DNA of 56,305 nt, from positions 1 to 56,305 of IMG/VR virus record IMGVR_UViG_3300016469_000460. The stretch is one strand, 5' to 3'. The translations under genes were made by a program, and so were the position numbers. Shown piece by piece: positions 19,289-28,281 of the stretch; within the stretch, counting starts at the first letter, position 1, and every line of letters begins with the position of its first letter. Source of the DNA: a virus. Lineage: Duplodnaviria; Caudoviricetes. Below the pieces are notes generated by a model, which was given only the letters and a program-made list of their open reading frames with translations, searched no databases and had not been told where the DNA came from.

Positions 19289-21676
19289 TTACTGTTTGCT
19301 CATTTCATTTGTGTGATATTTCGCTTGTGCTTGTCCGATTTTTTCACCGTCAAGCTCCAATATAACAGGTTGTGGATTGATTTGTATAGGCGGTGTTGTG
19401 CCTTGTCCCGATGCAGCCGCCACCATAGCAGACAGCTTGTTTCCGATACCACCTTCTGCAACACCTGTAGTTCCTTGTTGCGCCATTTTCTCTTGCGCTG
19501 CTACAATTTCCTGTGACCCTGCTTTAGATTCTACTGCCTTGCCTAGACTATCGTTAGGGTCGGCACTTTCACCACCGAATAACCACTTGATAGCAGGCCC
19601 TACTAATGGAACGGATGTTACACTAGACCACAACCAACCTGTGAAACCTTTCCAAGCGGACTTAATGCCTTCCCAAATGTAATTGATAAGATTTGCACCC
19701 CAATCGAACATCGCCCCAAGTATATCCCATGCAGCCGATAGCACACCCATGAACCATTGCCACAACTTCACTAGCACATAGATACCGGCAGCGATAAGAC
19801 CGATAATGATAATGACAGGCAAGAAGGCAATAATAATGTTAACGGCTGCTATACCTGCTGCAATAGCAATGGCCGTGAATACTCCTACTAGAATAAAGCC
19901 TACTATTTTACCTGCCGTAGCCCAACCCTTGACCGAAGACGTGGTTTTGTTGATGCCGATACCTATTTTTGACAGCGCACTTCCAATAGCTGAAAATATA
20001 GGGGAGATTACGGACCAAACGGCGCTGAATCCTTGCGACAGTCCTTCGATAAGTCCCGTCATGTATTCTTTGATGCGAACAATCCAAGTACCAATATTGA
20101 CAGCAAGGCCACCAATACCCATCTTATTGAGTTTTTCCATTGTGTCACCCGATATAGAAAATGTTTGATTGACCCTATCCCATGATGACCATACCTCTTG
20201 AATTGCTTGAATGATACCACCCAATTTTTGAAAGAATCCACCGATGCCGCCTTGTACTTCACCATTGAAATTTTTGAAGGCATTGACGGCCTTATAGATA
20301 ACCCCTACAAGCAAGATGAAAGGTAGTGCAATGGCAAGATAAGGGCCAAGCGCAACAAGGCTTCTAAGAGCTGCTTTTGTCATTGTGCCGAAAGCAACGG
20401 AAACAAACTTGATACCCTGCGCTAATCCAACGGCGGCACCAACAAGGCCAATGATACTAACCGTCCATTTCAATATCTGCTTACCGATTGGTGAAGCTGT
20501 GAAACTTACAAAGGCCATGATAAGACCATTGACAATATCGAACAATGGAGAGAAACCACCTGCAATAGCTTCGCCTATCCTAGTGAGTAGGTTTTGAAAA
20601 TTGCGCTGTATCTTCTCTAATTGCGCTCCAAAAGTTTGATTCAAAGCATTAGCCTCGTCCACTACACCTGTGCCGTTGGCAATAGCATCGGAGGCAGCCG
20701 CTTGTTTTTTACGAATATTGTCGGACTGTTCACCTATTGTTTGGAATAGCTTGACCATTTCGCCGCCGGGGATGCCCAAAGCTTTCATTCTTTGAAACAT
20801 TTCGGAGCTTGACAAGCCTTGCTTTTTGAAGCTATCGGCAAGCATCAAGATAGCCGCGTTCGGGTCTTGATTGAATAGGTTTTGGAATGCCGTTGTACTC
20901 ATTCCGACCTGTTCGGCAAATAATCCCATTTTTTTGGGGTCGGACATGGCTTTCATGACAGCATTCAACTTTGGCACCGAACTTTGTGCCTTGATGCCAG
21001 CTTCCTCCAAGGCAGTACCAAGCCCTAGCGCTTGACCTGCTGTGAATCCTTTGTCGCCAAAAGTTGCTATTTTTTGTGCAAAATTAGCAACGCTTTTCAT
21101 ATTCGCGGTGGAACTGTCGCCCATAGTATCGAAAGCCGTTGCAAGCTTCATCATTTGTTCTTCCGGTGTAAGTCCCTTGGTGTCCTTGAAAGCCTTACCC
21201 ATTTGAACCATCTTCTTAACCGCTTCATCTGTCTTGCCTCCGAAGTCTTCCCCTATGACCATGCCCACCATATTAGCTTTGGCAGCAAAGCCGTCTAATT
21301 GGTCTTTGGCAATACCCATCTGAGAACCCAACTGAGCAAGCCCCAATAGCTCAGGAACGGATGTGCGTACATCCATATTTTCCAACTTGGAGCGTAAGCC
21401 TTCCACTTCGGCACTTGTCATGTTAGTGACATCGGCAACACCTACTAATTGGTCAGAAAGTGCGGCGGCCTCAGAGATAGCCGAACTGACAGAAAATCCA
21501 ATTCCCATCAGTCCGGCCATTTGTCCGAACTTACCCATGATAGAATCAGCCGACTTGCCTGCATCGGAATCCAAGCCACTCATACTGCCTCTAATCTTAT
21601 CGGCTACATCTGTGAATTGGTCTTCCAAGACAAAAGCAAGTCCGAAACCAAGACCGCCCGCAAAACTTCCTAACAT
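19289..21676 (-). CDS. Tail tape measure protein
   Basis: Ala/Gly-rich helical protein with TP901-like core and C-terminal hydrophobic/Trp repeats; follows the chaperone gene. Confidence 0.93.
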   Translation of the reverse strand: MLGSFAGGLGFGLAFVLEDQFTDVADKIRGSMSGLDSDAGKSADSIMGKFGQMAGLMGIGFSVSSAISEAAALSDQLVGVADVTNMTSAEVEGLRSKLENMDVRTSVPELLGLAQLGSQMGIAKDQLDGFAAKANMVGMVIGEDFGGKTDEAVKKMVQMGKAFKDTKGLTPEEQMMKLATAFDTMGDSSTANMKSVANFAQKIATFGDKGFTAGQALGLGTALEEAGIKAQSSVPKLNAVMKAMSDPKKMGLFAEQVGMSTTAFQNLFNQDPNAAILMLADSFKKQGLSSSEMFQRMKALGIPGGEMVKLFQTIGEQSDNIRKKQAAASDAIANGTGVVDEANALNQTFGAQLEKIQRNFQNLLTRIGEAIAGGFSPLFDIVNGLIMAFVSFTASPIGKQILKWTVSIIGLVGAAVGLAQGIKFVSVAFGTMTKAALRSLVALGPYLAIALPFILLVGVIYKAVNAFKNFNGEVQGGIGGFFQKLGGIIQAIQEVWSSWDRVNQTFSISGDTMEKLNKMGIGGLAVNIGTWIVRIKEYMTGLIEGLSQGFSAVWSVISPIFSAIGSALSKIGIGINKTTSSVKGWATAGKIVGFILVGVFTAIAIAAGIAAVNIIIAFLPVIIIIGLIAAGIYVLVKLWQWFMGVLSAAWDILGAMFDWGANLINYIWEGIKSAWKGFTGWLWSSVTSVPLVGPAIKWLFGGESADPNDSLGKAVESKAGSQEIVAAQEKMAQQGTTGVAEGGIGNKLSAMVAAASGQGTTPPIQINPQPVILELDGEKIGQAQAKYHTNEMSKQ

Positions 21677-21694
21677 ACGATTTGTTTTTATGTG

Positions 21695-21907
21695 TTACCT
21701 ACGTCTAGTAGGTTGATTGGCTTTCATTTTTTCAATTTCTGACCTTTCCTTTGCCTGCAATTCTTTCAATCTCGATACCATCTTTTCAAGGGAATAGTAA
21801 GGTAGGTTTTCCCATGATAAAAAGTCTATCTTGATTTCTGAGAAGTGAAAATCTACAAAGGTAGCATCCAAGTCGATTATACTCGGCCAGAAAGGAAGAA
21901 AAAACCC
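21695..21907 (-). CDS. -1 frameshift extension of the tail assembly chaperone (gpGT-like)
   Basis: Slippery G GGT TTT at 21907-21901; the -1 frame stays open for 70 codons (GFFLPFWPSIIDLDATF...QPTRRR*) up to TAA at 21695, 18 nt before the tape measure start. Confidence 0.8.
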   Translation of the reverse strand, partial: GFFLPFWPSIIDLDATFVDFHFSEIKIDFLSWENLPYYSLEKMVSRLKELQAKERSEIEKMKANQPTRRR

Positions 21908-22770
21908 ACCTGAGCAATCAGGTCAATACGAATGGTTTTTTCGGCTGCTGTTTCATCTGGGTTATCAATGATTTCCACAGAATCCACATCGCCTTCGTAC
22001 AGGTCAATTTGACGGCTAATTTCATCCCTGACATCCATCGGCATATCATCAATATGCTTGTCTTCCACCTTGACCCACATATCAGTTCCTTTCTTGCGTG
22101 CGCGTAAGTGTCGAGCTGTCAATTTACTGTGAGATGTAATTTTTTCAGGCTTCATTTCCTTTTCCATCAAACCGTTCATTAGCTTGAATGAAAATTCGTA
22201 GGTTTCTTGCCCTCCTTCCAATGATAATTCCAAGTCGAATACAATTTCCGTTGCACCCGGGGCGATGACTTCTGAATAGTCATTGAATTGTTTTCGGTAG
22301 GGTTTTGTAGGAAAGCAACCTACGTTATTCAATTTTTCGATAAGCTCATGGTAGCTTTTATCAAAATGCTGTTTGATGTTTTCCAAGATAGAATCTCGGT
22401 TATCTTCATCAATGAGGTGAATTTCTAAAGGCGTTTCTTTCTTGACACCTTTTTTGTCCTTCCATTCATGTACGTATGTGAATGTAGGCTTATGTCGGTT
22501 AGCTAATTGTCGAGATTCGGTAAGGATGTAGCGACGGTCGGCAGACAGCATCTTTTCTACAAACTTGATTTTTTTATACTGCTCCATTTCGTTCCAATCC
22601 ACGCCCTCAATGGATACTATCACATCGGCAAGAATTGCATTGAACTTGTCGCTATTGCTTGTACCTTGTTCGGTAAGCTTGCGTTGATGTTTGGGGCTTA
22701 ATGGCGAAATCATAGCCATAACGCCACATGGTAATTGAATTACCTTGGTTTCTACTTTAAAATTGAACAT
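21877..22770 (-). CDS. Tail assembly chaperone (gpG-like / T4 gp26-like)
   Basis: Lies between tube and tape measure; ends ...QVGFFFLSGRV with the slippery site. Confidence 0.78.
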   Translation of the reverse strand: MFNFKVETKVIQLPCGVMAMISPLSPKHQRKLTEQGTSNSDKFNAILADVIVSIEGVDWNEMEQYKKIKFVEKMLSADRRYILTESRQLANRHKPTFTYVHEWKDKKGVKKETPLEIHLIDEDNRDSILENIKQHFDKSYHELIEKLNNVGCFPTKPYRKQFNDYSEVIAPGATEIVFDLELSLEGGQETYEFSFKLMNGLMEKEMKPEKITSHSKLTARHLRARKKGTDMWVKVEDKHIDDMPMDVRDEISRQIDLYEGDVDSVEIIDNPDETAAEKTIRIDLIAQVGFFFLSGRV

Positions 22771-22797
22771 AAATTTTCGCTGTTTTATGTAAATTAA

Positions 22798-22843
22798 GAA
22801 AAAAAGAGGAGCCGAATCCTTTCACAGCTCGAACCCCTCTTTT
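22798..22843 (-). terminator. Putative terminator after the tail tube gene
   Basis: AAAAGAGG...CCTCTTTT inverted repeat with T tract on the minus strand; long loop. Confidence 0.5.
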
Positions 22844-22870
22844 CTATTCAATGAAAAATTGCAAAATTCC

Positions 22871-23323
22871 TTATTGGATAATTCTCCAATCGCCAACAAT
22901 CAATTCGATTTCTCGAATAACATTGTCGTCACTACCTTTTGATAGCTGAATGCCACCTACTTTTTTCACCCAACAGTCAATAAGCTCATAGCTTTGAATG
23001 TTATTTCCTGCACCGTCTTGAAGGCGAATAACAAGCGTTCTAAGGTATTGGTCAGGTGTACCGCCCGTACCTGAGAAAGTGTCATATTGTTGCGTGAACC
23101 AAGCTACTGCCCAATCTTCTGTTTCATCAGTCGGGAGCAAGTTTGATAAGGTGGTGTTACCGACAGTCACACGGCCAGGCGTTTTGACTACTAAAGAACC
23201 TTCGGTATGTTCCGCTTCGCCAATGGACTTATCAGGCAAGGTGAAGTCTTGACAGATGAATTGATTCAATCCATTGGCCTCAACTACGTAGTGCGTTTGT
23301 TTTACAGGATTTACCTTTCCCAT
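22871..23323 (-). CDS. Tail tube protein (T4 gp19-like)
   Basis: KTPGRVTVGNTTL...W...RTLVIRLQD..G...YELIDCWVKK...L...DNVIREIEL. Confidence 0.9.
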   Translation of the reverse strand: MGKVNPVKQTHYVVEANGLNQFICQDFTLPDKSIGEAEHTEGSLVVKTPGRVTVGNTTLSNLLPTDETEDWAVAWFTQQYDTFSGTGGTPDQYLRTLVIRLQDGAGNNIQSYELIDCWVKKVGGIQLSKGSDDNVIREIELIVGDWRIIQ

Positions 23324-23371
23324 ATTTTTGATGTATTTTTAAGCTTTTGAAAAAAAATATGACAATCCTAC

Positions 23372-25180
23372 TTATGAGAACGTTACCCCTGCATTTGTAA
23401 CAATACCCGTTACTTGCACTTCTCGAAGTGAGGTGATAGGTATGAAAAACAGGTTGAATTTGTAAATACCGTTGGCGATGTCAGCAGGTGTGTTGATAAC
23501 AGCCTCAGAAGCCGTTTTAACATCTTGGTCACCTTCATAGCGGAAATTCTCAATACCGCGAGCTTTTTTGATGTTTTCCATCAATTGGCTTACGCTGCGA
23601 TAGATTTCCTTCCAAGTATTGACATCGTTCGGATTGAACAATTGACCGTCTGTGATAGGCTTGATAGAATTACCGATGTAGATACAAAGGTCTGCTACAT
23701 TGTCGAATCGAAGCAAAGAGCTTGCTACCTGCAAAGTTCTGTCACCCCAAGATACAATTGTTTGAACGCCATTTGCATTGACCTTTTTAATCGGGTACAA
23801 GCCTGCGGCACAAACATCATTGAACTCCTGTAAGCGAGAGAATGTGTCAAGGTTATAGACAATATCCACCGCGTTTTTGATTGTTCCCCTTTCGATGTTG
23901 GATGTGTTGTACCAAGCTCCGAAGTCCATATCTTTTTTAGCCGACAAACCTAAGAAGTCACCAATCCAAGAGATGGTAATTTCAGCCTCATTATCGGGTG
24001 GATAAGGGGACTTGATAGTGATGCCTCCATAGAGCATCGTAGCACGCCAATCGTCAATTTTTGTGCCGCCTGCATATACACCTACAGCATTGCGATAGTC
24101 AATTGCAGTATATCCGTTCACGCTTTCAGGTGTACGAAGGATAGCACGGCAATTTTTACGCAAAATACAGTAGTTCAACACCTCATTGTCAACGATATTG
24201 GAGGTAAATTCAGGAACCGACAAGCGGACAAAGCCTGAGCTTACATTATCGAAGGAACGAAGACCTGTGCCACCGACAGAGCTACCAATTACATCGGTAA
24301 TACCAACGCTAGCATAATCATCCGTGCCACCTGAAAGGTTATTAGGTGGAACAACACCAATCGGAGCCGTTACAACGTCAAGCTGAATCAATCGCATAGA
24401 TAGATTGAAGGCATTGACTTGTTGTGTGGTAGGCGATGTCGGGAAGTTGCTGTAACTTTCATTCAAGTCCGTACCGATAACAGTTGCATTAGTAGAACGA
24501 ACAATGATGTCCACAGCATTTGCAAGACCGCTACGAGCTGCTACAATTTCAACTGAAACGGAATTACCCCAAGCTCCGGGGCTTGATGCCTCATAAGTGA
24601 GAGATGCAACTAAAGTAACGCTCCAAGTCAAACTATCCAATGGACTTGCATCGCCTGCAATGATTGCCACATATTCGATAGTGGTCAAACCACCTGAATA
24701 GGTTGCTGCACCTGTGTCAACTGTCAGGGTAGTAGTGCCGCCACCGACCTTTTGAACCGTGTGTGTCTGTCCAGCAGTCACATAAGCTGTAACGTCACCT
24801 TGTACGGTCAAAGTATCGTTCGTTACATCCACGGCTACAATTTTGTAACTGAGATTGAATGTACCGCCATTGCTGCCCGTTGCAGCTACCACCGTTGCAG
24901 TGCTTGGGTCATTGATGTCTGTGAAGTGAACCAAGCGGCTCACATACAACTGACCGCCATTGTCGAATACGCGCTTTGCATAGATGGGGCCTAATGCGTC
25001 GTCAGGGTCAATGATTTCCCCAAATTCGCGTCTGTATTCCTCCCAAGAGCGAAGGAAAACAGCTTCACCGATACGACCACGTTGCGTTTTGATTGCCACA
25101 GCAGGCACACCAACGGGCTGCGTGTTGGGTTGCACCGTTCTATCGGAAATCTTAAAATCTGTATTAGCGAATGCTTGCAT
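23372..25180 (-). CDS. Contractile tail sheath protein
   Basis: TQRGRIGEAVFLRSWEEYRREFG, FDNGGQLYVSR, SPGAWGN, LSGGTD, WGDRTL and FNPNDVNTW motifs. Confidence 0.95.
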   Translation of the reverse strand: MQAFANTDFKISDRTVQPNTQPVGVPAVAIKTQRGRIGEAVFLRSWEEYRREFGEIIDPDDALGPIYAKRVFDNGGQLYVSRLVHFTDINDPSTATVVAATGSNGGTFNLSYKIVAVDVTNDTLTVQGDVTAYVTAGQTHTVQKVGGGTTTLTVDTGAATYSGGLTTIEYVAIIAGDASPLDSLTWSVTLVASLTYEASSPGAWGNSVSVEIVAARSGLANAVDIIVRSTNATVIGTDLNESYSNFPTSPTTQQVNAFNLSMRLIQLDVVTAPIGVVPPNNLSGGTDDYASVGITDVIGSSVGGTGLRSFDNVSSGFVRLSVPEFTSNIVDNEVLNYCILRKNCRAILRTPESVNGYTAIDYRNAVGVYAGGTKIDDWRATMLYGGITIKSPYPPDNEAEITISWIGDFLGLSAKKDMDFGAWYNTSNIERGTIKNAVDIVYNLDTFSRLQEFNDVCAAGLYPIKKVNANGVQTIVSWGDRTLQVASSLLRFDNVADLCIYIGNSIKPITDGQLFNPNDVNTWKEIYRSVSQLMENIKKARGIENFRYEGDQDVKTASEAVINTPADIANGIYKFNLFFIPITSLREVQVTGIVTNAGVTFS

Positions 25181-25197
25181 TGTCGTTAATTTTTAAA

Positions 25198-25923
25198 TTA
25201 TTGAGAATCTACTATAATTTCACTTGGGGGCGGTGTTTCTTCGGGGCCTCCGCTACCGATTATCCTATTGATTGGTGGGATATTTGTTGTTGGAACGGTA
25301 ATGCCCCAAGGCCCTATATCGCCGTCTAACCAAACGTCCACTACCTCGAATGCAATTTGACGTTCCAAAAAGTCAGCTATATTGACGGCATTTGTACCTA
25401 AGTATCTGATAAAAAACATCCGATTGTAGTCGAATGTAAAATCAGGTTTCAGTACCGGAATGCCAACACATGAACTACTAGTGGTCAAGGCTCCGAAAAC
25501 AATGTCCGTACAAATTCTATCGTACTTGGTAGCTTCTTTGCCCGAACATACCGTGCGGATGTCATAGATAATATTCTTTGTGCTAGCATATACCAATTCT
25601 CTTTGATATAAGGTTGGCCCTGTTTGCGTCTGAACATAATCCGATTCCCCTGCATGGCTTATCGAACCATTGTTATACTGTCTTAGATTGACAAAGATGC
25701 GGTTATAGTTCTTTTCACCTCGATTGTAGTTACTGCCAACTCCGAATACATCAATCAACTGATTACCCCCTGTAATGATAGCAGCCCTAGCAGCTTCATA
25801 AGCAGGCATATTTGACGGAAATGACAATACATCGGGCAAATATCCACCTGCAACGGTTCTTTTCCTAAGCAGTTCCGTAATAGTACGGTCTATTTCTTCC
25901 CTAGTGAATGATACAGTTGCCAT
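25198..25923 (-). CDS. Putative tail terminator/completion protein
   Basis: Position immediately upstream of the sheath gene. Confidence 0.55.
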   Translation of the reverse strand: MATVSFTREEIDRTITELLRKRTVAGGYLPDVLSFPSNMPAYEAARAAIITGGNQLIDVFGVGSNYNRGEKNYNRIFVNLRQYNNGSISHAGESDYVQTQTGPTLYQRELVYASTKNIIYDIRTVCSGKEATKYDRICTDIVFGALTTSSSCVGIPVLKPDFTFDYNRMFFIRYLGTNAVNIADFLERQIAFEVVDVWLDGDIGPWGITVPTTNIPPINRIIGSGGPEETPPPSEIIVDSQ

Positions 25924-25941
25924 GATGCGTTTTTATTGATA

Positions 25942-26421
25942 TTATGCTAGTCCGTCAATCACGTCTTGCATTGGGTTTTGTTCCTCTATCCAAGTGATAA
26001 TTTCTTCCATTGTTGGCCTGAATAGTGGCCGTTCATAGATGCCTACTGATAGAGCGCCAAACTCTTGCACGGCGGCAATCATGGACACTTCTTCACCTTC
26101 ATCTGTCTTTTCTCCTTCCGGTACGCCAATTCCAACGCCACTAGGTATAGAAATGATTGACAAGCTATCGTAAAGCTTTCCGCTTCTTATCCAAGTGTCA
26201 GTTGAATACCCGGCAGCATCCTTACTATCTATGTATGCTTGTGACAATGGCCGCCAACCTAAGTCCTGTGCATCTATGTGACCTTTGAGCTTCGATAGGG
26301 CCAATTCGCCCAACTCTTTCAAGAAGTCCTCTTTTGCTTTCTCTATCTTTGCGGCTACCTTTTCTATAGCAGCATTGACCTTTTCCCAATCTCCAATCTT
26401 CTTGAACTTTCCCCTTGCCAT
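25942..26421 (-). CDS. Neck/virion morphogenesis protein (HK97 gp10/Mu gpG-like)
   Basis: WRPLSQAY...IRSGKLYDS...IAAVQEFG...ERPLFRPT; likely start MARGK at 26421. Confidence 0.8.
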   Translation of the reverse strand: MARGKFKKIGDWEKVNAAIEKVAAKIEKAKEDFLKELGELALSKLKGHIDAQDLGWRPLSQAYIDSKDAAGYSTDTWIRSGKLYDSLSIISIPSGVGIGVPEGEKTDEGEEVSMIAAVQEFGALSVGIYERPLFRPTMEEIITWIEEQNPMQDVIDGLA

Positions 26422-26425
26422 ATTT

Positions 26426-26887
26426 TTAAGAAGCTTGATGCGTTTTTCTCTTTGCCAAAATCTTACAATAGGTTTGGCGCTTTTCAATTGCACCGCCTAC
26501 AGACACATGGGTAATTCGATATTCCTCCCTAGTTCCATTGCCATTCAAGACTATCAATTCACTTGTATTGTTAGGAATTTGCGGATAGTCATTCACTAGC
26601 AAGCCAGCTAATTCGATGTAGTCAAGATGGATATACACACGGACATCTGAATCATCCCAAGTTCCACCCATATTCGTATCTTGCTTATTCAATACAGAGC
26701 CGTTGTATTCGACTTGTGCATTGAAATTATAATCCGTATATGTCCTGTCTTCTCTGTCTTCATTGAACGGACTTAATGATAGGTCGTTCGTTATTCGTAT
26801 AGTGATAGGGGTTTTGCTGAAAGTGTCTAAGGTATCTTTCAAACCGTCCCTAATTTGTTGCAATTCTGCTGGTGTTAACAAATCCAT
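26426..26887 (-). CDS. Putative head closure/head-tail joining protein
   Basis: Position in the neck module; beta-rich, EYRITHV. Confidence 0.6.
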   Translation of the reverse strand: MDLLTPAELQQIRDGLKDTLDTFSKTPITIRITNDLSLSPFNEDREDRTYTDYNFNAQVEYNGSVLNKQDTNMGGTWDDSDVRVYIHLDYIELAGLLVNDYPQIPNNTSELIVLNGNGTREEYRITHVSVGGAIEKRQTYCKILAKRKTHQAS

Positions 26888-26899
26888 AGCTTTGCTTTT

Positions 26900-27703
26900 T
26901 TATCGTTTACACCTATATAGCGGTGGGGCAACCCTGAAAGGATATTCAATGATTGGGCTGCTATTAGATGAACAAGAACAGTTCACGCTACCATCTTCAC
27001 AAATTTCAATTGAACATCCGATAGCTTGTGCAAGGCAAATAGCATTTTCCTTGAAAGCTTTCATCATATTTTCAGTTTTGAGCGTTGCGGCTCCCGTTTC
27101 GTTAATCTTGATATAAGACCAATTGACGGAAACTTCACCCGATTTTGTAGAGGAAATGTATTTTGTAGGAGGTGCTACCGCTCCGCTATTCATACTATCT
27201 CCATTACCATTGATAACTGATTGACGGAACAAGATAGCCCATGCTACAAGGTCAGCAATAATCATTTTTTGTCTATCGCTGTACTTTGATTCATCTCCAA
27301 AGTCTGCATCGGAAATCTGAAAACAAGGCTGCATTTGTACCATGTACTGATAGATGTACCTTGAAATCAACTGTTCGTTCCAATTCGCTTCTACGTGTAA
27401 GGTATTGCCAACATTCGCATCACCCGACGCTAAAGAAGTATATTCAATTTCGGTGCTTGTGATGCCACTATTATAAGCCCATGACCTTACCGTTAGGATT
27501 TTATTTGGTTCTACCACCAAGTTTTGTTGACCAATCCAAAAGATGTCGGTCATATTGTTCGCAATAGTCAGCTTGCGAGTAGTGGTATTGACTGCGGTTA
27601 TTGACAAGTCGAAAATAAGCAAAGAATCGTCAACCACAAAAGGCAGCCTATCGAGTACCATTCGATAGATTGAAAGCGATTGATTGTGATTGACGATTGC
27701 CAT
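26900..27703 (-). CDS. Putative head-tail adaptor with inserted beta domain
   Basis: Position after the MCP; ISSTKSGEVSVNW resembles the SPP1 gp15-like adaptor hairpin. Confidence 0.6.
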   Translation of the reverse strand: MAIVNHNQSLSIYRMVLDRLPFVVDDSLLIFDLSITAVNTTTRKLTIANNMTDIFWIGQQNLVVEPNKILTVRSWAYNSGITSTEIEYTSLASGDANVGNTLHVEANWNEQLISRYIYQYMVQMQPCFQISDADFGDESKYSDRQKMIIADLVAWAILFRQSVINGNGDSMNSGAVAPPTKYISSTKSGEVSVNWSYIKINETGAATLKTENMMKAFKENAICLAQAIGCSIEICEDGSVNCSCSSNSSPIIEYPFRVAPPLYRCKR

Positions 27704-27729
27704 ACTTATTTTTTGTGTGTTTTATCTAC

Positions 27730-28179
27730 TTATTTTTTGGTCTTTTTGCCTTTGTTGTCGGTTTCGGTTTTTTCAGCTTCACCGCCTTCATTACCTCCAC
27801 CGTTTTCGTTATTTTCGCCGCCTTCGTTTTCCTCTTTGCTAGCTTCCTCTTTTTCGGTTTCGGCTTCCTCTTTTTTCAATTCAGCTTCGACAATAACGAT
27901 TTCACCGATTTTGCCTGTTTTCAAGCCCTTTTCTTTTTTCGCCTCAATTTTGGCCGCAAATTTCTTTTCGCGGTTCGCTTGTGCTTCTGCTTGTTGGGCT
28001 ACATATTTGTTGTATTCTTGTTCGGTTGCCTCTGTAAGGACATTAGAACGAACTTGAATCACAACCGATTTAGGGGCTTCGCCTTCGTACTTGCTCACAG
28101 TAGCATTGTTGTAGAAGATGCCGTCAACGGTAGCGCCACCGCTTGACTTTTGGTCTTTAAGTTTGAAATATTTTGCCAT
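27730..28179 (-). CDS. Hypothetical protein with low-complexity acidic/Lys C-terminus
   Basis: ORF directly after the MCP; E/K/N-rich tail. Confidence 0.65.
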   Translation of the reverse strand: MAKYFKLKDQKSSGGATVDGIFYNNATVSKYEGEAPKSVVIQVRSNVLTEATEQEYNKYVAQQAEAQANREKKFAAKIEAKKEKGLKTGKIGEIVIVEAELKKEEAETEKEEASKEENEGGENNENGGGNEGGEAEKTETDNKGKKTKK

Positions 28180-28203
28180 GATTTTTTGCAATTTTTTTAA
28201 AAG

Positions 28204-28243
28204 AAAAGCCCCGTCCGAAAAAGAAAAAGACGGAGGGGCTTTT
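28204..28243 (-). terminator. Rho-independent terminator after the major capsid gene
   Basis: AAAAGCCCC-gTCCG...CGGA-GGGGCTTTT inverted repeat. Confidence 0.75.
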
Positions 28244-28281
28244 GTGATATGCTATTTTTGAATGAACTTGAAGCTTTGTGA

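Noticed and set aside
8064-25923. Stand-alone extracellular contractile injection system (eCIS/tailocin)
   Set aside because: The tail genes resemble CIS components but are contiguous with terminase, portal, protease and capsid genes, so this is a phage
27680-28146. Phe-rich plus-strand ORFs that look like membrane proteins
   Set aside because: Antisense reading of the GAA/AAA-rich minus-strand gene 27730..28179
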